From Marsupella aquatica (taxonomy: Eukaryota; Plantae; Marchantiophyta): 64,000 bases of DNA. This document shows, piece after piece, positions 53,335 through 64,000 of the stretch; position 1 is the first letter of the stretch; the number at the start of each line of letters is the position of its first letter. Under the pieces are notes generated by a model. It was not told the origin of the DNA and did no database searches. It was given only the letters and a program-made list of their open reading frames with translations. The translations under genes were made by a program, and so were the position numbers. The stretch lies in the NCBI GenBank assembly GCA_973895155.1, contig OZ316896.1, forward strand, positions 10,179,525 to 10,243,524, written 5' to 3'.

Positions 53335-56300
53335 GGAGATGACTAGGGACTTGGAAACTGGTAATTAAGTTAAATGGTTGAATGACGCAAAACAGTTATG
53401 CAAAGAAGATAATTGCTAGGTTTAATGGGGGATAGCAAGCTAGTAAGTACCCATTTGGCTCCACGCTTCAAGTTGTCATCAACTTTTTGTCTGACTCATG
53501 CAACAGAGAAAGGGTTGATGTCAAAGGTTCCTTATGATAGGGTAGTGGGAATTCTCATGTATTTGATGACTTGCACTAGACTTGATCTTGCCTTGGCTAT
53601 GGGCAAGGTACGTGAGCAAGTACATTCATGTCGAATCCAAGGAAGGTACATTGGGAAGCATTGAAGTGGATTATCAGGTACTTGAAGGGTACCATATATG
53701 GATCATTGTTTGATCATTGACCATGGACCATGGATGGTGATGACAAGTATGCATTTTGAAATTAAACAACTCTATATTTTCATCCCAATTTTCATTGAAG
53801 ACTTAATACATCTTTTGACAAAACCATTTAAACGGCCCTATACTTCGTTGCACGTGATATGTCACTTCCATGGAAATGACCCCCCCCAAGATCAGGGTAC
53901 CATTTTATCAAGCATGATGTGTCTAAGTATCTGTTTAAGCTAGTCAAGATTGACAATAAACTCAACCTAGCTAGCGTTTTTACCAAAGGGATTCCTTTGG
54001 ACAATTTCTCTAAACACCTGTGACGTGTTGCAGGTTTTGCAATTACATCCCAAGAAGGGTTAATTTTCTTAACAGTAGTTGTAATTATTGATATACTCAA
54101 TGTTCCTATGTAGTAGGCTACGACTTAGTTGTGACTTTCTCTAGTTAGAAAGGTGAAACCAATTTGGTTTTCATCCACACTTAATTTCCCATTGAGTAAT
54201 CATATAGGTTAGCATTATTACCCTCCCCTAAACGAGAGTCAAGGAGAGATTGTTAGGCATCTTCTACTCTTATATAGTCTAGGGTTACAATTGTAACCAT
54301 AGTTAGGGCTTACCTTAGTCGCAAACTAGGTCAGGTTAACTAGGTTGCACACTTTTCCCTAAGCGGTATTTGCTTGGATAGTAGGAACTCAGACTCATTA
54401 TTATGAAGCTAGTTGAGAGATAGAGAGATCTTTTATTGTGGAGACTTGGTATGGCCGATGGGCCTAGAGTGCTGTAAAGCTCTCGTGTGTTCCCGGGGAT
54501 GTAGCCTCAAGGTGAGGTGAACGGTCACATATCTCTCCGTGTCAACTACTTGTGCGTTGGATGGACCATAGGCTTGCCGTTGTGAATGTTGTCTTCACTC
54601 AATAGGAAGGTTAGCCTGAAGACAAATATTGTCCAAGCATAAAACCCCGATAAAACCTCCTGAAATGAAGGTAACACAGCTCGTACGGGATCCGGTAACG
54701 ATGACCATGCCTCATGCATCCCACCTGGGTTTTTCAAAAAACAATTCTCAAACGACTGTAAAACCACTATATTACCCTTGCAAAATATTCCCCCAAAATT
54801 CCTTCTAACGGTAATTTCAACCAATTGTGCCCTTGACTATGGTAAAAAACTAACCATGGTCAACAAAAAATGTAAATAAAAGTGCCTTTACAAGAAGATA
54901 TTGAGGTGCAAGGTGACCTCAATATTGAGGTGTGGCAAGGGCAAGGTGTCCATGTGGCATATGCTTATTGGTCCATACACATTTCTAAAAGAGAAAGAAA
55001 TGGATGTTTGGGAGGAAAAAAGAATCCAAAATTGTCCTTTTCTTGAGTTGGATTGGAGAATGGGATCCATGGATCGTGATTGGTATTCAAACGTTGATTT
55101 CATGGCGCAGGGGTGTGATAAGGGAAATTTGAAGGGTTGAATACCAAAATGGGATCCGTGGATCCACCCCCTACTTTGGCTGAGTTATTTTGGGACTTGG
55201 GAAATAAAATGGGGTCCATGGATCCCTGTTAATATTCAGACCTGTAATTTGTTAGATGAAGGGTGGCTGTTGGGAAATAAAGGGTCTAGAGTATGTCCAA
55301 ACATGTGCTTGGGTTAACTTAACTCACTGCGTAGATCAGTGTGGTCGCTAGTAAATTTTCTGCAGTACGTTATTTTACCTTTGGTAAATATTCAAATCTA
55401 GTATAATAGGTATGGTAACATAAAATGCCAAATGATCAACTTAGCGTGTTTTTGTTTGATTTTCAACAGATGAATCTGAAACTACATATGACATATCCCA
55501 TTTTGGTTTGAATGATTTGCTTGCCAAACAGAGATTCCTGTTTTTGACGTTTCGTCAGGCGAATTGATTTAGCGTGTAGAGATAGGACTTGTGAATCATT
55601 GTTTTATGGGTTTTCTGTTTGATAAATGTTTTCATGATCAATTGTTATAAAATCAGAGATTTTTATGATGTGTCATTTTTTGTCAAAAAGTATCTCAACT
55701 TGGAATCCAATTTTGCATTCATCCACAAATTTGTGTTTTTGATATCAATTTAATATATTTTTTGTCATTTTCTGTGAAAATCAAAACACATTTCTCGTTT
55801 GGTAGTCATCCCGGTGGTCATACTTCTCGTTTTGTTGGTCAGTGTGTTTTGGAATGGAGAGAACCCTTCTCAACCTCCATGAGAGACAAAAGTAACAAAG
55901 GTGGATCCTCAGTAAGGAAACAATCTGTCAACAATGAGAAGGCAACCGCTCACTAAAGGGGGTAAAAATATGAAAAATATGTGGCTCAGAGATTTGCTTC
56001 ATGGCGTTAATACCATTTGCAAGTTGCAATGCTCAAATTAGTTCGTGGACCCCCTGGCTACAATTTTGAGGCCTTGTTCCAGTAAAAATAATGTATGTGA
56101 TATTGGCTTTAGCTCAAGTTGTGTGAGTTTATTATGGTCCAAAATGATCTGGTAACACACTTTATTATGCTGAGATAGTTTTACAAGATTTAGTGAAAAT
56201 ATAGGATAAATTACCTTTTCCAAATGTGATTTTGCAATTATAGTCTTCATAATTACCAGTAAGATGAGGGCTTTTAGCTTGAGTTTTGAGAGGCTAATAT

Positions 56301-57316
56301 GGTTCATAATGCTCTGCTGGTAGGCATTAAAACACTTAAAATATATGAGATATTTTAGCTAATTTTAGAACATTAATAAACCCAAGGCACATTTTTTGTA
56401 GTTAGTTGATTTGGGCATTGAATGACACTATATTTGACCACTAAAGTGCCATGGGTACTTTGAGTTGAAAACTACTTTCTCAAGATCAATTGAAAAGACT
56501 ACTTTTCTCAACAACAAACCCTAAGCTTTCTAGTAGTTGAGCCCTGTTAATTTGTAGAAGATTTGTCAATGTACTTTCAAATAATTGGAAATTCTGGAGA
56601 TTTCACTGAAGTCTTACTTTGGCTAGTTTTGAATTAGAGATTAATAGTCTCATGACCTTGACACAACTATTCACCAAATGGAGAAGGGCAAAACTAGCTT
56701 TAAGAAGAGAGAAGTCTCATTAGGAAGGGAAGCTGGTAGTCATGTTGTGTTGAACAAGTAGGATAGATTTTCTCACAAAATCATTGTGGACCCATTTAGC
56801 GATGGCCTGAGCAGTTTGACATTTTTCAACTGGGCACCACATGAATACTTTGCTTTGCAGGCCAAAGTTGACAACGTGATTTATCACAAGTAGTTGTTAA
56901 AATCAGGTCTTTTCGCTACATGCAACTTAAACCAAATTCTCAAGAGCTCAATACTTTAGTCAATTTGTGGCAAGTCCATTTGAAACAAGATCAATGTTTG
57001 ATCAAATGAATTGTATTGAATTCATTGAGTTCAAGTTTCGACCACAGTTGGCAATTTGCCTGAATTGCAAAAGGCCGGAAATCTTTCTCCATGTGCTAGT
57101 TACCCTTTAACAAGGTAATTATCAAGTTAGTTATTAGTCATTGTTTATTATCTGAAAAATACTTTTCATATCTTTGAATTTAATTTTTAAAATTGGAGAC
57201 GTAACTAAAACGGTTACATAGTGGCAGTTTTACCCGTCTTGCTCTTTGCATTTAAAAATTTTTACATTTATTTTTATGGCATGGCATCCCAAAATTTACA
57301 CCCAAATTGATACAAA

Positions 57317-57661
57317 TGTTAGAATTTACTCTTAGGTCTAGAGTTATGACTGTACCATAGTTAAGGCTAACCTTAGTCGCAGACTTGGTTAAGTTAGTCA
57401 TGCTGTGCACACTCTATAACCAAACGGTGTTTGCTTGGAGAGTGGGAACTCAGGCTCATTGTTATGGAGCTAGTTGAGAGATAGGGAGAGCTTGCACTAT
57501 GGATGCTTGGTATGGCCGGTCGGCCTAGAGTGCAGTAAAGCTCGTGTGTGTTCCCGTGGACGTAGCCTCATGAGGAGGTGAATCACGTATTTCTCTGTGT
57601 CGACTATTGTACGTTGGATGGTTCATGGGCTTGCCGTTGCGATTATCGTCTATGCTCAACA
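57317..57661 (+). mobile_element. Copia solo LTR
   Basis: TGTT...CAACA termini, homologous to 54251-54604, with TSD ACAAA/GCAAA (1 mismatch). Confidence 0.85.
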
Positions 57662-60526
57662 GCAAACACAAATGAAAATTGTAAATTTGATTCACAAAAC
57701 CAACGAATCCTATTTGTTGCGGTTGTTGATGTGGCATGCTCTGGTGCCATGAATTCTGGAAGGGACCTCTCATGGGGTCCGTAAATATGTGGCTAAGAGA
57801 TTTGCAATCATGGCACCATGTTTGCAATCACCACATTGAGTTATACAATCCCAAGTTCATTAATTAGTAGGTATGAGAGATTTAATGTCAAAATAGATCT
57901 ATTTATAGGGAAGATGTTTGAAGGATGGAAAGATTATTCACATTGATGTTCTCCAAAGGATGCAAGATACAAGTAGGTGACAAAGTTGCTAGACGACATG
58001 GTAACAAGGGTATCATTTCAAAAATATTACAACAGGATAATTATGCATTTTCTCCAAAATGGTATACCCATCAACATGATATTAAGTCCTAACTTTGGGT
58101 GTTCCCTCAAAATTGAGTGTTGGACACATTTTGAATGTTTACTTGGTTTAGCTGGAAACTTTCTGAAAAAAGAATTATAGACAAAAAGTTGGAAAAATGA
58201 AAGTTTGGGCTTGGAAGGTTTTGGGGTTGCTTACATATTTTGGGAAGTGCTAATCAACATAATTTGTCACAAACAAGAACTTTTAGTCAAGCAAGAAAAA
58301 CCAAATTTGATTATTTGTGTTTGAGACCTAAGAAAGTTAGACCTTGCAATTGTAAAGGCAATAAAAAACTGAAAATTAGAATTGAAATAAACAAAGTAGA
58401 TAAAGAAAAAGTAAAAATAAAGTTGAAAAAATACTTGGATGAATTGTGATTAATATATCAGTGTTTTTAGTAATATTTTTGATAATTTGTTTCATTTTGT
58501 ATTTAATTTATATATTTTTGAAATAATAATAAATAAAAAAAAACTTTTCAACTACTCTAATATTTACCAAAGTAACATAAAAAACACAATTTTTAAAAGT
58601 TTCTCTAACATTTACCAAGGTAATTTAAAAAACACTTCGGCCACTATAGACAGAGGAATAACAAAGCAAAGATAAAAGAAAACCATAACTACAGGGATAA
58701 AGGAATACCAAGGGACTCTTTCAACTACTATGAACAAAGTGATATTTTGCATATATAAAATGATACAAGTATTGTATAGACATAAAACTATTAGTGGAAT
58801 CTTTTTGCATGAAGAATTACCCTCAATATTATCTTGAATATACTTTTATTTGTCCTCAATGAATATTTTAACTACCTTTAAAATACACTTAGTTTAGACT
58901 CCTCCATTTAATCTTTGTCTTCCCATGTATATATATTCCAATGTGCAATTTTACAGGCTCCAAATAATTCAATGAAACAAATTTACATAACCAAAAGGTT
59001 CCGGAACTGGTTACCTAAACGTTCACTATATATGTGGATTGTTTATAAAATGATGTTTCAAGGATCTAACCAAGGTTCAGCAGACATTTGACTCTTATTA
59101 CTTAGAATTTCACACATGGAAAATTGTGACTGGACAAGGAGCATAATAGATGAACATACAACCTTAAAGTATAGAAAACATAAGAATATCTGGTTCTCAT
59201 TCTCTACCCATATTCTGGAAAAGGGATAGATCAACCTTTAAGTACTCTCATCACCGCCACCCAACGAGACATTTTAATTCCATGAAACAGGAGCTGCCAA
59301 ACTGTAAACAAAGCACTCTTAAAAACAATGACATGTGGTTAGTTCAGACTTACATCAATGGTGCTTTACGAGTAAAACTGTCAACTATAATCTCAGGAAA
59401 GATAACAGTCGATCCGAGAGAAAAGACAGGGTATTCTGTCAGAATCGTGGACATCTGTAATCTCCTTATTGAGGAGAATACGATAATTTCTTGCAAGGGA
59501 GTGACGTCTTTAACCTTCATTGTAAGTTTTCATATGCAGACAGATTGAGGGAAAACCGATTTGGGAAGATTACAGATTTCCATGATTCTCAAACCTCAGC
59601 GCTTATTGCACTGCGAAAGCTTTTGGAACGAAAATCGATTGTGCTGGCCCAGGTTTATTCTTGACAGCTGATACCCTAACTGCTATGGTGATTTGGGGTG
59701 TTGTCAACTTGCAATTCCAGCAACTATCAAACTTTCGCTCCAAAAGTTTAACCGACGTTGCCATGTGTGATGAAGCGTAGCCAAGCAAAATTATAATTAT
59801 GACATGTCTTAATCAATGTATTACGATCATTGTCCCTCAGAAATGTCAATTATGTGCGAGGTGCTTCTCCAGTTCGCTATTTTGAAATAAAATCTAGCTT
59901 TTGGCTGGGTTGTTCTCCATTTCCCATGGTCACTTCTTTCATCACAAGAGCATCCTTCGAAGCTAATAGGCCCCTTCTGCCCTCGCCCGTGTTATTATTA
60001 AAACATGCGCATCTGAAATCCTGCCCCAGGAAGATATAAAATCCAGTAAGGTGAGTAGCCAGACGAGAACAATGAGCGCTGCAAAAACATTATGCACAGA
60101 TTCTGCGCAGGGTTCTGAACTCACCCGAAATCCGATTCAGATCGTGATGGTTATGCACAACACCCCATTGGTATCACGATAGGGTACGCACACCACCCCA
60201 GTGGGCCCAGTGAAGTGGCCTGTACGTTCGTGGTCGAATCTTGTGGAAAGAAAGCAAATCCAATCGGCGCACCCTTCATTCCGGAAGGCCTGACTCAAGT
60301 ACCTGGAACCCTCGAGGATAGCTGCTAGCTATCCCTTGAGGTAACTTGAGATAAACAGAAGTTAACTAGACTAAATTCACTTACCAAGAGAGGTGAATTG
60401 GTCTTCAAACACAACGAGGTGCAATGTGTAGATGCTTTGATGGGATGGGATGCGAAGTTCGAGGAGAACTTAAAAAATATCGTTCGCTGCCCAGAAGAAG
60501 CACTTGCGATCCGTAATATGTGTCCA

Positions 60527-63500
60527 CTAAGCACCTTGGGACATCATAGCTTGGATGAGATTACGCAGTGAGTCCGACGCCTGCATTGAACAGACCACAA
60601 GATATTCAGGTCAAGGATATCGCAGGCAACCGAAGGCGACCAGATGGTTTGTCTTCAGACACGTTAACTGGGATGATTTCACTTACCCAAGGAGATGATT
60701 TGTCCCACTCCAAAACACAATTGGCTGCAGTTTGGAGATGCTTGACGGGATGCGATGCTAAGGTGGACGAGAACAAGGACAATTCAGAGGCTTCTGCTAC
60801 CCACCAGTGACAGTTGTGATCCTTAGGCTGCTGAACAAGATTGCAGAAGCCAACCTGAGCAGGACATCGACATAATCTGATCAGTCGTCTGCTCAGATAT
60901 TTACGATATAGGTGTCAGATCTTTGACAGAAGGATAGCACCGACAAGGTGGTAAACCAAGTAAAGGACTCTTGGCTTCCGAACCGCCAAGAAGATTGGCA
61001 AATTCACGACAAAGTGTACCTTTCCAGGAGCCCTTGACTGCGAAGGGAGACGTTGAAAATCACAGATCAGTAACGTAGGCAAATTACATTTCTCACTCCT
61101 GTAAGCCCAATCTGCATATCTATTTTGTCGTGAAGAAAGGAAGGGAAAGTCAAGAAAGAAACAGAAGCATTGGAGGAACTGAGACCCTACCACAGACCCA
61201 ACGAGTGAACGGTCAACTGGAGCAAATGCCAGGGCTGGCAAGCTCACTTTCACTGCGAGTATTTGTATCTCATCCCAAGCGTCCCCAGGATTGTTTCTAG
61301 TGGTGGATCCATCAGTCATAAACACCCATTGGTTTGTACGGGAGCCGCTGGAATAAGGTTCTTCGACTACAAGCACCTTTGCGGCAACATCGAATTCCCT
61401 GAAGGTTAGACACTGACTTTTCATCAGTATGAGTGTCCATTAATTTGGATGTCACTCACCGGGTAGTTTCGTACGTCAGGGATGAGTCAAGCGTATACCA
61501 TACAAAGGACCAGAAACATGCTAGCTATATAATTGGGAATGAATTGGACCACAGGATTTTACAAACTTAAATCTACCAATCCATTGCCGTGGCCACAAAT
61601 GTTTAGGCCTGCGAACAAACAAGAAACCGTTCTCACACGTTTATCTCAAATTACAGACCCGCCTCGTTGCTAACTTCCCCTATTTCATTCAAACCAAGCC
61701 AGCATCTCACCTGCACATAAACTTCTCGTCCATATCGGACAGCCGCGTTGGTGCACGACAAGTGTGAGGGAACCTGCAGTCATACGAAATCAAGACAATC
61801 CAAGGGGAAGAAACAAACCTCAGAAACCATCAGTTCAAACAAGCGAAATTATAAGCCTGACCATACGCCAGCCGCAGGTAGAAAATAATTGAGAAATTCT
61901 AATAGTTGAACGGTGTAGTTCGCTTGCTACGCCAAGCCTCATACGTCACATGCGCGACCGAGATGTCAGTCCACCCGGATAGAAGTTCAGCTAGCTGTTG
62001 CCTCCTTGTCAAAGTGGAATTTGACTATCTGATGTCTGCAGGTTCCCGAAACTTGTCTCGAACCAGTAATAAAGTAGGGAACTAAGCACTTACCAAAAGT
62101 GCTTCTCGTAAATAGCGGCAGGCACATGACGCCAGCTCGTGGAACGATAAGACTGCAGTAGAAGCTGATTTTGATTGCTAGAGGAACTCCAGGTGACAGG
62201 CCTCAGACCGGAAACACAATACACAGAGCCCTCCACTATATGCTGCATAACGATAATTACATGCAGGTGAGAACTGTGCATAGTTCTCGCTAATACGAAG
62301 GCAAAGATGAATCCAGGGTTAGTTGACGCTATCGAGCTTTAAACGTGATCTACCTGTTCATCATTAATTTCCCATATCGAGGTCATTCCCTCTTTCCATT
62401 CTCGACCTACTTGTCCGATTTCTCCTTCTCGACGTTGCAGGCCAGTGACACGGACTTTTAGGATGCGTGTAACATTGCGCGAATGTAGCCCGGCATCTTG
62501 TAGCGCTTCTTTCAAAGTATCCTCAATAGTTACTTGCCTCGAGGTCTGCGAGTCAAAACATTGATACATTAGAAAATGGAGAAATCTTTCGTATCCAAAC
62601 CCGAAGTCTACTCTTTAGAGAGCAGCTCTTAACATCAGCAAGAAACGGCTCTGAGCAATAAGTTCCTTACGATTCGAACGAAAAACACAACCTTACGTCT
62701 CGCTTGACCTGATAAATGGCGAAAGACTCTGCGGCCTTGTCAGCATCAAACAAATCATAGCCTTCTTCATCCTTCTCGTCTTGAGATTTGGAAAGGTCGC
62801 AAGAATTTTCGAGTTTCAGTAGAGCTTCGTCCGCTACTTTAGCACGCCTGATGGACAGAAAAGTTCCAGTAAGATCTTCTTTCTAGGATTCTAAGGCCAG
62901 TGTACAAAATCCATTTACTAAACTTTTGTACTACTCTGAGCATTTATCAGCTGATCTATCAAATAGTACCAACGTGCAGACAAGATGCAAACCTTCGCTC
63001 AAACTGGTTCGAAGCTAGTTCTTCCGCACGAACAGACCGGATAATAGAGGTACCGTCAGCAGATCTGACCAATTCGAGTGAAATAAACGACATTATTTTC
63101 CGCAAAACAAGCAGAAACTGCTCAAACAATGCAGAGCACAAATTAATGAAATCCAGCAGGCACAAAAACTACTACTAGAAGGTCGTGTTGCTTTCCTGAA
63201 CACGATACTCACGTTTCTTTAAATAAAATGGGATACACTCGAGCAACTCCGACATATGTCTTGGGAACAACACCGCCGTCAGGCTTGATGCACCTCAATG
63301 CAAGGGGTGGCATTGGTTCCTTACCTATGGGGATGTAAGGTAGCATAATTAGTTTTACAGTATCATGTAGAGTCAACATAGTAGATAGCATGAAGTTTGC
63401 TGACAGTGTCTCGACTACCTTTACATAAAATATATATCTATGGAAACGGCGATTAGAGTCCTAATATGCCAGAAGAAGTGGGAAGCAAGCCTGCTTACAG

Positions 63501-63973
63501 AATCCCAAGCGGTGATTCTTGCGAGCCCTGCGGGTCCCATTCACGTGCAGCGTCAAGAACGAATCTCGAAAAGCCTGCACCACAAGCATAAGGTATTAAT
63601 AGTATTGGGCGTTTGACAATCACAGAGAGTGCCTGGCACCTATGCCACTTTCCGAAATCAGATGGATAGCGTAAAATTTGTGCTTAGCGCTAGAAAGATA
63701 AAGCTCGTTGCAGTCTTGAGATATCCAATTAGCATGAAGATAAAGTTGAATAACCTCCAAAGGTGATGTTGAATCTGGGCAGCAGCACAAAGTTGCTCCA
63801 CAAACCTGCGAGCAGGTCACACAAAATCAGCTTCAAGCTTAAACAACTAGCGTTGCAATTCTTAGATCTGGAGTTGGTTCCCACATCCCACCTGAATTTT
63901 TTGGCCGACGTTCAGTTTCCCCTTTCTCAGATATTTCGTCAATGGAGCATCCAACACAGAGTTCAACCGGTAC
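60527..63973 (-). CDS. BRCA2: BRCA2 homolog, 3' part (OB1, tower, OB2, OB3), continuing beyond the window end. Exons: 63973-63892, 63805-63755, 63574-63499, 63324-63213, 63064-62993, 62847-62697, 62545-62354, 62242-62094, 61773-61711, 61398-61191, 60854-60687, 60580-60527
   Basis: Phase-consistent GT-AG exons give (W)YRLNSVLDAPLTKYLRKGKLNVGQKIQ VCGATL..TSPLE, LHVNGTRRA..RLGFC, PLALRCIKPDGGVVPKT..RVYPILFKE, IIRSVRAE, LQDAGLHSRNVT, EFDVAA..QWVFMTDGS, LVGSVVGFCNL..WVAEASE. These match plant BRCA2 DNA-binding-domain motifs. TAG at 60529-60527. The 62354/62242 junction is the least certain. Confidence 0.92.
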
Positions 63974-64000
63974 CTGTAAAACGTTGAAAAAATTTACATT

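Larger units (their letters stand above)
50484..54604 (+). mobile_element. Ty1/Copia LTR retrotransposon remnant (RT-RNaseH pseudogene, PPT and 3' LTR 54251-54604; 5' part deleted)
   Basis: VCRLLKSLYGLK*SPRQWNKRFD, LYVDD, EFKMKDLG..ILG, VPYDRVVGILMYLMTCTRLDL, NLASVFTKG. Purine-rich gagagtcaaggagagat precedes TGTT...CAATA. Confidence 0.9.
49132..54710 (-). mobile_element. Degraded second copy of the CRE element, split into 49132-50483 and 54605-54710 by nested insertions
   Basis: ANVVVTNPLRQDI..KEAKN..FLPLALEIF (49540-49749) and SSLPDPVRAVLPSFQEVLS (about 54650-54707) match the 32337-34001 ORF. The 3' UTR is homologous and the two pieces are nearly adjacent in the intact copy. Confidence 0.85.

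Noticed and set aside
54750-57240. Possible Mutator-like element with gtaaaa..ccactat..acc inverted ends
   Set aside because: The TIR match is short and gapped, with no TSD or transposase seen.
60915-61424. 169-aa ORF as a stand-alone gene or a relative of the decayed ORF blocks
   Set aside because: It is BRCA2 exon 61398-61191 plus intron read-through.

Overview
Eukaryotic nuclear DNA with GT-AG introns, plant-type BRCA2 and Copia/CRE retroelements. A non-seed land plant, probably a bryophyte or liverwort, is inferred but not proven. Two intact host genes are supported. (1) A two-exon minus-strand gene (26965-25742) encodes a 229-aa secreted protein: signal peptide, three tandem 13-aa QRRLL-NLSGN(S/T)xx units, then a DUF3455-like domain. 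This is the most interesting feature because it looks like a protease-processed multi-peptide precursor fused to an uncharacterised domain, a candidate new RiPP or peptide-signal system. (2) The last 12 coding exons of BRCA2 (63973-60527, minus; OB1-tower-OB2-OB3). The rest is mostly transposon-derived: a young 5'-truncated CRE-type RLE non-LTR element with an 8-bp TSD, older CRE copies, a multi-level nest at 49-55 kb (CRE > Copia > MITEs and an AGT...ACT element), Copia solo LTRs, two MITE groups and tandem repeats. Two diverged copies of a decayed, unidentified ORF block lie at about 1-5.3 kb and 19-24 kb. All homology calls come from motif recognition by eye, not from database searches.
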